A stretch of 64,000 nucleotides of DNA from Promethearchaeota archaeon (GCA_048937405.1 JBHLNF010000004.1:1-64000), one strand, 5' to 3'. Shown: positions 30,252 to 41,405, counted from the first letter of the stretch. Notes: generated by a model not told the origin, from the letters alone. Program-made: numbers and translations.

Positions 30252-30899
30252 TTGACTGAAAAAGGCTTTATGCCCCTTACATCAGAGTTGGGAGTACCTG
30301 GTACAAGTTATAGAATCCAATTAGGAGATATCAATGAAAAATGGGCTGTACGTTTAATAAAAGGAAGAGATGTTATAGATTCTTATGTTTTCAAAGATGA
30401 AGATGTTGAGGGTGATTTCCCTAACCAAAACATAATCGTAGGATGGGTTCTTAGGACTGTGGCAATCCCTAATATTAACCCACATCAAATTATGAAAACA
30501 ACCCAAGCTCTTGTAAAACAGGCATTGAAGAGGAAGGAAGAAAGGAAAGTAATGGCTCCCGTATCAGAAACTAAACAAGTAGAATTAGAAAAGGTCCCAG
30601 AAAACCAATTGAAAAGACGTCAAGTTCAAGGTTGGGTTAAAGCAGAAGAAATGAAAAGTCAACAAGAACTTGAAGAAGAAAGAAGACAAGCATTTAAACA
30701 AACTGTCGCTGCTAGAAAAGCACAAGCCCAAGAATCAGGCTCAACAGTAAAGACGACAAGAAAATTACCTTCAATACCTAGTGCGGGTGGTGAAATGAAG
30801 GAATCTATAAGTAAGTCGAGTGAATTCTGCCCTTTTTGTGGAAAAGACTTAGGATTTAGGTTCTGTCCATATTGTGGAAAACCCTTAGCTCATGATTAA
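30252..30899 (+). CDS. Hypothetical protein with coiled region and C-terminal double Zn-ribbon
   Basis: CPFCGKDLGFRFCPYCG; TTG start after AGTGA. Confidence 0.8.
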   Translation: MTEKGFMPLTSELGVPGTSYRIQLGDINEKWAVRLIKGRDVIDSYVFKDEDVEGDFPNQNIIVGWVLRTVAIPNINPHQIMKTTQALVKQALKRKEERKVMAPVSETKQVELEKVPENQLKRRQVQGWVKAEEMKSQQELEEERRQAFKQTVAARKAQAQESGSTVKTTRKLPSIPSAGGEMKESISKSSEFCPFCGKDLGFRFCPYCGKPLAHD

Positions 30900-31075
30900 A
30901 AATTTAATACATTATTTCTATTTTTGATTTTATTTTTATTCGATAAAAATTCTATAAGAAAATGGATTTTAAAAATCAGATTTAAATTATATTCTTTTAT
31001 TCAAATATTTAAAACCAAATAAAATATATATATATCATTAACAAACTAAATCTAAAATATAAATCGTGATAGCAA

Positions 31076-32542
31076 GTGACATCTGTTATTATTAAGCCAG
31101 ATGCTTATTACAAAATGCTGGTGCATGTTCTCAGATTTGGGAATAAAGCAAGAGATCGTAAGCAGTTTAAAGAAGTAATGGGTATTTTAATAGGTAGATT
31201 AGAAGGTGAACCTGATAAAAAAGGAATAAGAGATGTTATCATTGAAGATGCTGTTCCTATTTCGCATGGTGGAGCAATTGAAGTTGCATTTGCCCCAGAA
31301 GATTATGTGACTTTTACTACAGTCGATACTGCTTTTGCGGAAAATAACTGGTTCAGTTGTGGATGGTATCATTCTCATCCTGGATTGGATATATTCTTTT
31401 CCTCTACTGATATTAGAAATCAATTGGGATGGCAAACTCCAAATCCAAGTGCAGTTGGAATTGTATTTGATCATACCCATTTGGAAAAACCTGGAGATTT
31501 AGGATTTCGGACATTTAGATTAGATAATCCAGCAAAAGGTCAAATGTCTGGTTATCATGAAGTAGCATCAAAGGTAGAACCTCCAGATAGCATCCAGTAT
31601 TATATAAAATTAATAGAATTAATTAATTGTATTCATTCAAAAGAACCTCCGATTCTAGAAATTAATGAAATGCCTGATTTATTTGGTGACATAACATTCC
31701 CCAGTGAAAGTCAAATTATAGCAAAAAAACCAGAATTGAATTCTCTAATGATTTTATCTTCTCTTAAAACAGCTTTGATAAAATATATGGAATCATCAAT
31801 TGATCCATTAATTTCAGTTCTTAATTCTTGGAGTGATGGCATTGTAAGGAAAACTGTTGAAAATAATTTACAAATGAGAAAAGATATGATTACTATAAAA
31901 AACAATCTTAGCGAAGGGATTTTAACACTTCAAAAAGACTTCAAATTCTCGATTAAGGAAAAATTGAATGAATTAGATATGTATATAGATGACAAATTTG
32001 AAGAATTTGATTCATATCAAGAATTTTTTAATGAATTATTTGACAATATTAAAACCGAAGTTAATAGTCAATTTATTTTATTGATAGAAAAAAAAATTGA
32101 AAAAAGTTTTGATATAATTTTAGCACAACTAAACAAACAAATAGAAGAACTTGTTAATATCAATAAAAGGGCAATTCAAGCTTCTGAAACTTTAAATCAA
32201 CAGAATTCCATGTTAGAAAGCATATTTAATAATATCAATTCAATTGAGGTATTAGTTGCAGATAAATTAAATAAGAATTTTGGAGATTTATCCGAAAATT
32301 TCACAAAAAATGCAAATAAAATTATTGGTAATTTTATAAATTCAAATAAAGAGACTAAAAGTTTTCTATCAAATTTAAAAGCAGCTATTATTTTACTAGA
32401 GAGCTCAAAAACTCCTATTCAAAATAAATTGGAAACACAGGAAATTGAAATGAAAACTCTTCAAAAAAGTATAATAGAATTAAAAAAGGAGAATAAGGAT
32501 CTACTTATAAAAATAGAAAAATTGCAGAAAAAAGAGGATTAA
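31076..32542 (+). CDS. MPN+/JAMM protein with long coiled-coil C-terminus, paralogue 2
   Basis: YYKMLVH…KEVMG … GWYHSHPGLDIFFSSTDIRNQ; about 250-aa heptad-rich tail. Confidence 0.9.
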   Translation: MTSVIIKPDAYYKMLVHVLRFGNKARDRKQFKEVMGILIGRLEGEPDKKGIRDVIIEDAVPISHGGAIEVAFAPEDYVTFTTVDTAFAENNWFSCGWYHSHPGLDIFFSSTDIRNQLGWQTPNPSAVGIVFDHTHLEKPGDLGFRTFRLDNPAKGQMSGYHEVASKVEPPDSIQYYIKLIELINCIHSKEPPILEINEMPDLFGDITFPSESQIIAKKPELNSLMILSSLKTALIKYMESSIDPLISVLNSWSDGIVRKTVENNLQMRKDMITIKNNLSEGILTLQKDFKFSIKEKLNELDMYIDDKFEEFDSYQEFFNELFDNIKTEVNSQFILLIEKKIEKSFDIILAQLNKQIEELVNINKRAIQASETLNQQNSMLESIFNNINSIEVLVADKLNKNFGDLSENFTKNANKIIGNFINSNKETKSFLSNLKAAIILLESSKTPIQNKLETQEIEMKTLQKSIIELKKENKDLLIKIEKLQKKED

Positions 32543-32548
32543 ATAAAA

Positions 32549-33916
32549 ATGGAGTATACAGAACAAAAAGAAAGTAATATTAATGGAAAGATATTCATTA
32601 AAAAAGAAGCTTTTAGAAATATGGTAACTCATGTATTACGATTTGGTAATGAAGCTTTAGAGCAAAGCGTAGAGGTAATGGGAGTTTGTCTGGGAGAATA
32701 TGATTCTAAAGAAGATAAAGTTATTGTGGAAAATGCAGTTCCATTATCCCATGGTGATAAAGTAGAGATTGGCTTTGATAAAGATGTTTATGATTTATTT
32801 ATCGAGATTGGAAATAAATATTCATCAGATTTAATAGGATATTATCACTCTCACCCTTCATGGGGTTTATATCTATCAGAAAGTGACTTAAATAATTTGA
32901 AATATTTTCAGGGAGAGAAATTTCCCCATGGATTTGCTATTGTATTTGATCATACACTTATGGGGAAAGAGGAAAAACTTGGATTTGATATTTATAGATT
33001 GGATGATTATTCTAAAGCTGAAAATTATCATAGTGTACCATTTGAAATTGAAAAACCCACCTCATTAGAGTATTTTAAATGGGTTCAAAAATTTTCAGAA
33101 GATATCGAGAAAATGAATCCTATTCTTATTAAAGAAGTAAATGAATTTGTTGAGACTCCTCCGGGAGATTTACAAGAAATCCCTGTAACTGAAGAACCAT
33201 TAGTTATTAGTGAAGAATTAAGAGATTCTACGCAAGTTGAGGCAATTATTTCAGGTATTCAACAAGGAGCTGAAAGTTTCTCTCAAGAGATTACAGATAT
33301 GATGAAAAATCAAATCGAAGGTTGGATTGATGACATGAATCAAGGAACATCTAAAGGGACTGATTATATAGCTAAAGCACTGAGTAAAATGAAAGAAGCG
33401 TTATCTTCTGGACTTCAAAAAGTAGATAATTGGTTTAAGAGGACTCTAGATGAGAGAGTATATCAATTTAAAAAAAGTGTTTCTAAATATGTTGATACTC
33501 GGATTGAAGCTAATAAAGAACTAACTCAAAACACTAATAAATTAAAAGATAGCCTAATTGAAGATCTAAAAACATCAGTTGAAAATAATTTAGGAAATAT
33601 TAATAAGGAGTTGGAAACCTTAGGAAATTCCATATCTGAAAAAGCGGAGGAAAACAAGAAAATAATATCACAAATTGAAGAACTAATAAATAATTATAAA
33701 ATAGCAATAGAAAATTCAGATAAACAGATTAATATATTGACTGAAAATATTGATAAAAAGATAGAAACTCCACTTAACTCCTTTAAAAAAAACCTTGATG
33801 AGAAGATCGAAAAATTAAATGCGGAACTAACTCCTTTTAAAGATAATAATTCAGAGATAAAAGTATTACTTGAAAAACTCCAAAAAATAATTACTGGCTT
33901 TCGAAGTTTAAGTTAA
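32549..33916 (+). CDS. MPN+/JAMM protein with long coiled-coil C-terminus, paralogue 3
   Basis: FRNMVTH…VEVMG … GYYHSHPSWGLYLSESD; 6 bp after paralogue 2. Confidence 0.9.
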   Translation: MEYTEQKESNINGKIFIKKEAFRNMVTHVLRFGNEALEQSVEVMGVCLGEYDSKEDKVIVENAVPLSHGDKVEIGFDKDVYDLFIEIGNKYSSDLIGYYHSHPSWGLYLSESDLNNLKYFQGEKFPHGFAIVFDHTLMGKEEKLGFDIYRLDDYSKAENYHSVPFEIEKPTSLEYFKWVQKFSEDIEKMNPILIKEVNEFVETPPGDLQEIPVTEEPLVISEELRDSTQVEAIISGIQQGAESFSQEITDMMKNQIEGWIDDMNQGTSKGTDYIAKALSKMKEALSSGLQKVDNWFKRTLDERVYQFKKSVSKYVDTRIEANKELTQNTNKLKDSLIEDLKTSVENNLGNINKELETLGNSISEKAEENKKIISQIEELINNYKIAIENSDKQINILTENIDKKIETPLNSFKKNLDEKIEKLNAELTPFKDNNSEIKVLLEKLQKIITGFRSLS

Positions 33917-33923
33917 AGAAAAT

Positions 33924-34202
33924 TTAAAAGAATCGTAAAGTTGAAACCTTTGTTATCTGTAATTTATACTTCGGAATATTAGTATTAAGCCTCTTTAATT
34001 CATTCAACGTCGCTATCTTACTTAAAACTCTACCAATTTTATCAACTTTTATGTTTATTCCAAAATTTTCCCGAAGAACAGAATTTATTTTATAGGAGGA
34101 TAAAATTACTGTTTGAGATATATTTCTATCAGCAAGTAACTCTATAGCCTTTTTTACTAAATTAATCAGGCGTTCTTTGCTTTCGGGTTGTTTTACTTCC
34201 AT
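33924..34202 (-). CDS. Small basic hypothetical protein, possibly winged-helix
   Basis: 92 aa; helix-SSYKI-helix-VDKIGRVLS-helix followed by beta-like tail. Confidence 0.6.
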   Translation of the reverse strand: MEVKQPESKERLINLVKKAIELLADRNISQTVILSSYKINSVLRENFGINIKVDKIGRVLSKIATLNELKRLNTNIPKYKLQITKVSTLRFF

Positions 34203-34624
34203 TTTTAAATTTTTAAAATAAAATATTTATATTTAATGTTATATCAGAAGATTTTTAAAATTTACATTTAGATTATATATTCTATTTAATATGTTTCCAT
34301 TGGTATTCAACGTTGTGATTTCATTATAAATGTAAATAAATATAATTACACGAAATTATCAGCCGACTTTGATTTGTTTTAAACCATTTTTTAATATATA
34401 ATTAAATTGAGCGTTAAATTATAGCATTCATAAGACAATAACAATAGGTTAATTATTTAATCGGAAAATAATATTATATCTAAAAGTTAAGTATTTTTTA
34501 AATCTCTAATATGAGATAAATAATACTGGTCAAATTATAGTAATTATTTTAAATTATTGTTTTATCAAATTTTAAAAGTTCTCATTTACAACTAATAATA
34601 ATAACAACATTTTTTAAATAAAAA

Positions 34625-37036
34625 ATGTCTGGTCAACAATCTGATTCTTCAAAAAGGTCAAATAGTTCTAAAGCGAGAAGTAGGAGTAAAAGTGAAAGCT
34701 TAATCTCTAGGCAAAAACTAAAATTTTTTGCTTTAAAATCAAACCTTAAGAGTCATATTTACGATAAAATAATTCATCAAGAGGTTTATATAGATGGTAA
34801 AGAACCTAAATCATATTCTTTTGGGAAAAAGTTTTATGGACTATATATAATATTTCTTTTTTATTCTCTACTTTTGATTTTAAAAGTAAACTTTCCAAAA
34901 ATAGAGGAACTTAACATCTTTATGCTTGGATTACCCTTCGAATTTTCAAATACTATTTTAGCTTTTTTTCTGGTTTTATCATTTTTACTTAGTGTTGATA
35001 GAGTAAGAATCTTTATTTTCGAAAAGCATACGATTGTTAAACAATTTGTAATATTTAGTGTTTTATTTACAATTCTATTTCTCCTTTTTTTGTATATAGG
35101 AACAAGTGTAAACTTTATAACATATTTATTAGTATTATCGATGATTTGGTTGATTCTATTAAGTTCTAGATTCTATATTTATTCCAGAAAATTTTCAACA
35201 AAAATTGAAGCAAGATTCATTAAACGATATTCCATACCAAGGTATATCTTTGCCGTTCTAACTCCTTTTGTAATCTTAACTGTGCTTATTTTAATTTCAT
35301 TATTTTATCGAAGTTTTTTAGTAGTATTATCCCTAGATTTCTTCGCACATGGGGATCCAAGCAATGCTGCCGATGTTTACGAATTGGAAATGACAAGTCT
35401 TATGCCATTGATTTACTTTAGTCTAGTTATGACATTAGTTTTTATAATCTTTGAGTATGTGTCGACTAGACGAAAAGCTGAAACTAAAAGAGTAGGGACT
35501 TTTGATAATTTTACATTTTCATTAATTGTTTTCTTCATCTTTTTCTTTCAAATCCTACAAATAACTATCTTTTTATTTCTGCGAGATGAAACCATAACTG
35601 CATTCAAATCAACGTTAGGTCAAGCAGGCTCTTTTGCTTCTTATATTTTTATATTCGAGTTTATGATATCAATGTTTTTTTTATATCGTATTGTTAAAAA
35701 ACTCGGTGCATCACTTGGATGGCGTATTTTTGTATTCAAAAAGGATGGCTTAATTCTTCTATGTTTAGCTTGCGTTTTTGCTCAAACATTAACACGCTTC
35801 GCACTTGCAACCAATATACCGAATCAAAAAGTTATCGATATAGGGATAATTTTTATGTGGGATAAATTAATTGTTTCTGTACTTATGATATTTTTTTTAG
35901 GTACTACCCTTTTAATCTATTATATAAGACCTCATGAAACATCTATGTTTATGAGATTACAAAAAGAAACTGTTAGTGAAGAAGAAAGAAGCCTGGATAA
36001 AGTATATAAAATTATAAGGAGTGAATACATAAGAAGGGGTGAAGCCTATCCTATTGAAATAATTGAACGTGAATTAATTAAAGCTACTCAGCATTCTAGG
36101 GCCAAAGTTTATGAGCATATTGAACAATTAGCAAAGAAAGATATGGACATTATAATAAAAGTGAAGAAAGAAAAATCAGGAAGAACACTAAAGATGATTG
36201 ATTTCACGTCAGTTACAGAAGTATTTGAGAAAAAGGAGGTTGCTCAACAGAAAGCTAGACAATATCTAAGTGAAAGAATATACCAAAGAGCATTGGAAGG
36301 GGAGAGTAAGACTAGTAGGTTAGTTAAAAGAGAAGAAGAAGGTGAAGCCGCAAACGGTTTTATATCCTCTCTTTCTGCTGGATATAATAAAAAACAACGT
36401 GCTAAAGCATTACATAAAAAAAAATTAGAGGAGACTCAGTTAACTTTTACAACTGAAGAATTGGCTGTCGATTTAGAAACTCAAATCATCAATATAATAA
36501 AAGAGGAATATATATATAGAATTGAAAATCCTGAAAAATTTCCAGAATTCTACATTCCAATTTCTGAAATTTCAACCCAGATTGAGCGTAAAACTAAAAT
36601 TTCACCTGGAGAATTATATCCTCTTTTAGAAGATCTTAGCCAAAGTGATATGGAGTATTCACTACTCGATAATCCTAAAGATCCTGAAGATAAATTAATA
36701 AAAATCCTTCCTTTCTCTGATGAGAATATGTGCTTTACATTAGCTAATTTTAGACCTGAAGAATACTCCGAACTTAAAAAAATTATGGTCAAGAACTTTT
36801 TAAAATTTATCAAAGCTAAAAAAGAGAAAAAAGTTATTTTCAAATTGAAAAAGGGAATACTAAATCAAACAGAAACTCAAAAATCTTGGTTAGAAATACT
36901 CAATAATTTATATAAATATTATCCTATATATAAAGAACAAATTACTCGAGTTCCAGACACTAAGAAGTTAATAATGCAATTAGAAAAGTGGTATATAGCT
37001 ATTAAACAGAGGCAAAGTATAACCCAAAAGGAATAA
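34625..37036 (+). CDS. Large polytopic membrane protein with duplicated cytoplasmic (winged-helix-like) domain
   Basis: Ser/Arg-rich N-terminus, about 10 hydrophobic helices, then repeats IIRSEYIRR…VYEHIEQLAKKDMD and IIKEEYIYR…LYPLLEDLSQSDME. Confidence 0.75.
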   Translation: MSGQQSDSSKRSNSSKARSRSKSESLISRQKLKFFALKSNLKSHIYDKIIHQEVYIDGKEPKSYSFGKKFYGLYIIFLFYSLLLILKVNFPKIEELNIFMLGLPFEFSNTILAFFLVLSFLLSVDRVRIFIFEKHTIVKQFVIFSVLFTILFLLFLYIGTSVNFITYLLVLSMIWLILLSSRFYIYSRKFSTKIEARFIKRYSIPRYIFAVLTPFVILTVLILISLFYRSFLVVLSLDFFAHGDPSNAADVYELEMTSLMPLIYFSLVMTLVFIIFEYVSTRRKAETKRVGTFDNFTFSLIVFFIFFFQILQITIFLFLRDETITAFKSTLGQAGSFASYIFIFEFMISMFFLYRIVKKLGASLGWRIFVFKKDGLILLCLACVFAQTLTRFALATNIPNQKVIDIGIIFMWDKLIVSVLMIFFLGTTLLIYYIRPHETSMFMRLQKETVSEEERSLDKVYKIIRSEYIRRGEAYPIEIIERELIKATQHSRAKVYEHIEQLAKKDMDIIIKVKKEKSGRTLKMIDFTSVTEVFEKKEVAQQKARQYLSERIYQRALEGESKTSRLVKREEEGEAANGFISSLSAGYNKKQRAKALHKKKLEETQLTFTTEELAVDLETQIINIIKEEYIYRIENPEKFPEFYIPISEISTQIERKTKISPGELYPLLEDLSQSDMEYSLLDNPKDPEDKLIKILPFSDENMCFTLANFRPEEYSELKKIMVKNFLKFIKAKKEKKVIFKLKKGILNQTETQKSWLEILNNLYKYYPIYKEQITRVPDTKKLIMQLEKWYIAIKQRQSITQKE

Positions 37037-37242
37037 TTATTAGTCCTTTTAATTTGATTATCTATTTATTTAATAGATTTGTTCATTAAAAAAGATATAA
37101 TAAATTTTTAAAATTATATTATGAATATAAATTATAAATATTACAAAATCCTCCAGTATCAATATACAACAGTAAAAATCATAAAATACTGAAAAGAACT
37201 TATTTTATTATGATGGTATAAAGAAAAAAAAATAAAAGATAA

Positions 37243-37413
37243 TTATTTACAACAATCTTCGCATCTTAAATCATTTAAAGGAAGATATCCACAATTTGGT
37301 CCCATATAGCACTCAAATCTATTTTTTTCTTCATTGAATATCATATCTTCTGAACAATGCTTAGGAATTGTGTCAATAGATTTTCCACATCTAGCACACT
37401 TATATAGGGTCAT
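37243..37413 (-). CDS. Cys-rich microprotein (56 aa), not in the ORF track
   Basis: Manual translation MTLYKCARCGKSIDTIPKHCSEDMIFNEEKNRFECYMGPNCGYLPLNDLRCEDCCK; AAGGAGG RBS; paralogous to the CopA tail. Confidence 0.85.
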   Translation of the reverse strand: MTLYKCARCGKSIDTIPKHCSEDMIFNEEKNRFECYMGPNCGYLPLNDLRCEDCCK

Positions 37414-37439
37414 TTTTTAATTCCTCCTTTTTAATAATT

Positions 37440-40334
37440 TTATTCAATTACTTCCATAGGTTTATCATGGTGTTTAGGGATATCTTGTGCTCCACATGAA
37501 GCACCCATCCAACAAACTAATTGATCATCTTCTTTATGCATTGGTTTTCCACAATGCATTGGAAGATCTTGTTCTAATCCACATTCAACACATTTTAATT
37601 TTCCCATTTTTTTATCATCCTCTTTTTTTTGTTTATTTTTTTTTAATAATTCTTTATTTTTATTAAGCTCAGGACTTTTCATTTGCATTAATTTTGGATC
37701 CATTGCATCATAATTTTTATATCTTTCAGGATCTAATTTAAAGTGTGCTTCGCAATTTGGATTACAAAAGTAATAGATTTTGTTTTTATATTCATATTCA
37801 ATTGCCTTTCTAGAGTCAAGTTTCATTCCACATACTGGATCCATAACTTCTTTTCCTTGAGATATTAATAATTTTTCTTCTTCAATTTGTTGAGGTGTTT
37901 TAGGTTCATATCTTTTTAAAAACAAAGCATTTGTTACAACTGAAACTGAACTAGAAGCCATAAAAATTGCTGCTAGATAGGGGGGTATAAAGAAACCTGT
38001 AATATAATATAATATACCTGCAGCAAGAGGTATTCCAATTAGGTTGTATATTAATGCCCAAAATAGATTTGTAATCATTTTTTTATATGTTTTCTTTGAC
38101 AATTTGATTGCAGAAACAACATTTCTTAGATCTCCTCTCATTAACACTATGTCTGCAGTTTCAATAGCAACATCCGTTCCGGATCCCACAGCAATTCCCA
38201 CATCCGCTTGTGCTAATGCAGGAGCATCATTGATTCCATCTCCAACCATCCCTACTATTCTATCTTTTGAGGATTCTTGAAGTTTCTTAATTGTTAAAGC
38301 TTTCTCATTAGGTAAAACCTCCGCTAAAATATGCTTTTCATCAATATTTAACTCGTTACCTATGATTAATGCTGTTTGTTTATTATCTCCTGTGAGCATA
38401 TAAATTTCTAATCCAATACTCCTTAAAAGTTCAAGAGCATATGGTGCTTGGTCTTTAATTTTATCCGATATGCCAATTATTCCTTTTACTTGGTTATCAA
38501 CACTTACAAATATAGTTGTTCTTCCTAACAGTTGAAATTTTTTAAATTCCTCAATATAATCATCTGTTTTAATATTATTTTCAACAAATAGTTTAGGACT
38601 TCCTAGTATGACTTTCTGGTTCTTAATAGTAGCAATGAGACCTTTACCGGGGATAGCATCGAACTCATTTGGTGTTTCAAGAGATAAGCCCCTTTGATTT
38701 GCTTCTTCAATTATTGCTAGACCAAGAGGGTGTTCAGAACCCATTTCTGCACTTGCAGCATAAAATAAGAGATCATTCTCAGAAAATCCAGAATCTTTTA
38801 AAGTTTTTTCTGCAAAAATCCCAGAAACTTTAGGTTTCCCAATTGTTAAAGTCCCCGTTTTATCAAAAACTATGCTATTTATAGTATTGATTGTCTCTAA
38901 AGAATCTCCTCCTTTAATTAATAACCCATTTTCAGCACCCTTTCCTGTACCCACCATTATTGCTGTAGGGATTGCTAAACCAAGGGCACAAGGACATGAG
39001 ATTACAACTACTGATGTGAAGACAAGTAAAGCTACTTCAATCCCACTTCTTGCTATGAAATACCAATAAACAAAGGCAATTGAAGCGATGATTACAACTA
39101 TAGGAACAAAATAATTGCTTACTCTATCTGCTAAACGTTGTTTTGAACCTTTTCGTGATTGAGCTTCCTTTACAAACCCAATTATTTGGAATAACATGGT
39201 TTCTTTCCCTACCTTCTCTGTTATAATTTGAAGTAAACCCGTTTGATTAACAGTTGCTCCGATTACTGAGTCGTCTACTTCTTTTTTAACATATTTACTC
39301 TCACCTGTAATCATTGATTCATCAACTTTTGATTTACCTTTTAATACTTTTCCGTCAACGGGTATTTTTTCACCAGGGCGTACAATTAAGATATCACCTT
39401 TTTCAATTTCTTCAATTGGGATTTCTATTTCTTTACCATCTTTTAATAACGTTGCAGTTTTTGGTTGTAGCCCAATTAATTTTTTGATTGCTTCGGATGC
39501 TTGTCCTTTTGTTTTATGTTCAAGATATTTTCCAATTAGAATAAAAGAAAAAATTAAGCTCATAGCTTCATAAAACACTTCTCCAGAAATGAAAAAGGTT
39601 GTTAAGAATGAATATACATATGCTGTAGTTGTGCCAAGAACAATTAAAACATCCATATTTGCAGATTTGTTTCTTAATGATTTATAGGCCCCTCCTAAGA
39701 AGAATGAACCTGCTACACCATAATTCCCAGTAGCTAAAATCGTTAAAATGAGGTTACGAGTAAAAGAAGCGGGAATTATCCAATTTATAGGAGCTATAAA
39801 AGCCGAAAAAATTAATGAAATCGTTAAAATAATCAAACGGTAACGCATTTCCTTTTTATGCTGTTCTATGTCCTTATCTATTACACCAGCAGATTTCTCT
39901 ATATTATAACCTAACTTCTTTATATTAGAATATACTTTAGTTTCTCCTATTTCTGCTTCATTAAATTCAACAAAAATTTTTGATGCTGTAAAATTTCCTC
40001 GTACTTCATAAATTCCTTTAATATCTTTTACTTTTTCAACTAAATCGCTAAATTCTTTTTCACTTAGCACATCTTTGACAATTAAATCTATCTTTGATAA
40101 AGACGCTTTATATCCTAAATCTCTGATAGCTTTATTAAAATCATAGTAGTTTAAAGTTTTAGGACTATATTCTACATTTGCTTCCTCGTTAGCAAAATTC
40201 ACAGTTGAACTAATCACCCCTGAAAGGCTTCCTAACTTATTTTCTATTTTAAGTGCACAAGAAGCACACGTCATTCCTCCAAGTTTTATTTTAATCTTCT
40301 GCATTTCTTCTGTTTGCATACTTAATCGACTCAT
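37440..40334 (-). CDS. copA: Cu(+)-translocating P1B-ATPase with HMA domains, YHS/TRASH domain and Cys/His tail
   Basis: [34 protein letters not shown] and MAASS; DPVCGM…YYFCNPNC. Confidence 0.95.
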   Translation of the reverse strand: MSRLSMQTEEMQKIKIKLGGMTCASCALKIENKLGSLSGVISSTVNFANEEANVEYSPKTLNYYDFNKAIRDLGYKASLSKIDLIVKDVLSEKEFSDLVEKVKDIKGIYEVRGNFTASKIFVEFNEAEIGETKVYSNIKKLGYNIEKSAGVIDKDIEQHKKEMRYRLIILTISLIFSAFIAPINWIIPASFTRNLILTILATGNYGVAGSFFLGGAYKSLRNKSANMDVLIVLGTTTAYVYSFLTTFFISGEVFYEAMSLIFSFILIGKYLEHKTKGQASEAIKKLIGLQPKTATLLKDGKEIEIPIEEIEKGDILIVRPGEKIPVDGKVLKGKSKVDESMITGESKYVKKEVDDSVIGATVNQTGLLQIITEKVGKETMLFQIIGFVKEAQSRKGSKQRLADRVSNYFVPIVVIIASIAFVYWYFIARSGIEVALLVFTSVVVISCPCALGLAIPTAIMVGTGKGAENGLLIKGGDSLETINTINSIVFDKTGTLTIGKPKVSGIFAEKTLKDSGFSENDLLFYAASAEMGSEHPLGLAIIEEANQRGLSLETPNEFDAIPGKGLIATIKNQKVILGSPKLFVENNIKTDDYIEEFKKFQLLGRTTIFVSVDNQVKGIIGISDKIKDQAPYALELLRSIGLEIYMLTGDNKQTALIIGNELNIDEKHILAEVLPNEKALTIKKLQESSKDRIVGMVGDGINDAPALAQADVGIAVGSGTDVAIETADIVLMRGDLRNVVSAIKLSKKTYKKMITNLFWALIYNLIGIPLAAGILYYITGFFIPPYLAAIFMASSSVSVVTNALFLKRYEPKTPQQIEEEKLLISQGKEVMDPVCGMKLDSRKAIEYEYKNKIYYFCNPNCEAHFKLDPERYKNYDAMDPKLMQMKSPELNKNKELLKKNKQKKEDDKKMGKLKCVECGLEQDLPMHCGKPMHKEDDQLVCWMGASCGAQDIPKHHDKPMEVIE

Positions 40335-40506
40335 TTTTTTTCTTTATTGTTATAAAAATACACTAAATTTACTAGTTATATGTTTTGATTATAATTTGTA
40401 AATGTTTTATATCTTCTTTTATCCTAATATTTGAGAGATTCAAAAAATATTAACTTTTTAAAGATTTTTAAAAAAAAATAGAATAGTCTATGAATTATCG
40501 ATATTT

Positions 40507-40818
40507 TCATTTCAATTCCCATCCACAATTCGTACAATATTTTATATTAGAATTATCTACTTTTACTCCACAATTTGGACAAAAATTTAGCATGTCATGA
40601 TTAATACTATCAATTTTGCTAAAACGCTTCGTATTTTGATCTATCGTAGCTCTTGATTGAAGATCTTCGGAAATTTGATGTTTTCCTCTATCTAAAGTAT
40701 AAAAAAGTATTATTATCAATATGAATAGAATAATTATTCCACCTATTATAAATAACCAAGTAAAATCGCCCCAAAACTGCCAATCCCTCATGTGATGATC
40801 ATATCCATTCGACAACAT
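40507..40818 (-). CDS. Single-TM protein with N-terminal HHM and C-terminal Zn-ribbon
   Basis: DHHMRDW, one TM helix, FCPNCG…YCTNCG. Confidence 0.75.
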   Translation of the reverse strand: MLSNGYDHHMRDWQFWGDFTWLFIIGGIIILFILIIILFYTLDRGKHQISEDLQSRATIDQNTKRFSKIDSINHDMLNFCPNCGVKVDNSNIKYCTNCGWELK

Positions 40819-40940
40819 AAAATCACTTTTATATTATAAACTAAAACATATTACTTTTGAGTATATATACAAAGAAATATATATTTAAATATAATGATTA
40901 TTTTTTATAAAATTATAGTAAAATTCTTTTTGAAATAATC

Positions 40941-41375
40941 ATGGGTATCAATAATAATCTGAAAGTCCAAAATTTAACTAAATTATATACACTGGTATTA
41001 CTTAAGTCAAATGATTCTGTTACAGGTTATTATATTTTAAAAAGATTAGGTTCTGACTTAGGAAAAACCTCAAGCCCGACATATATTTATAATTTTTTAA
41101 AAAAGCTAAAAGAAAAAGGATATATTGAGGAAATAACCACAAAAAATAACGAGCGGTCAAAAGGTTATAGATTAACTTCCTTAGGTTCCGAATTTACTAA
41201 TAAGATTTTTTCTAGATTTGATAATCTAATTGATGTAGCTATTCAATCGAGATTAGAGATTTGCTCAAGTTGTGGTGTAAGGCTTTATAAAGATTATTAT
41301 ACAGAAATGATTAATGGAAAGAAACTAAATTTTTGCTGTAAGCATTGTGCAAACGCTTATAAAACTTCTCTATAA
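40941..41375 (+). CDS. PadR-family winged-helix regulator with C-terminal TRASH metal-sensing domain
   Basis: TGYYILKRL…SPTYIYNFLKKLKEKGYI…YRLTSLG; CSSCG…NFCCKHCANAY; divergent from the copA cluster. Confidence 0.85.
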   Translation: MGINNNLKVQNLTKLYTLVLLKSNDSVTGYYILKRLGSDLGKTSSPTYIYNFLKKLKEKGYIEEITTKNNERSKGYRLTSLGSEFTNKIFSRFDNLIDVAIQSRLEICSSCGVRLYKDYYTEMINGKKLNFCCKHCANAYKTSL

Positions 41376-41405
41376 GAAGAAGAAATTTAATTATCCTACA
41401 TTAAT

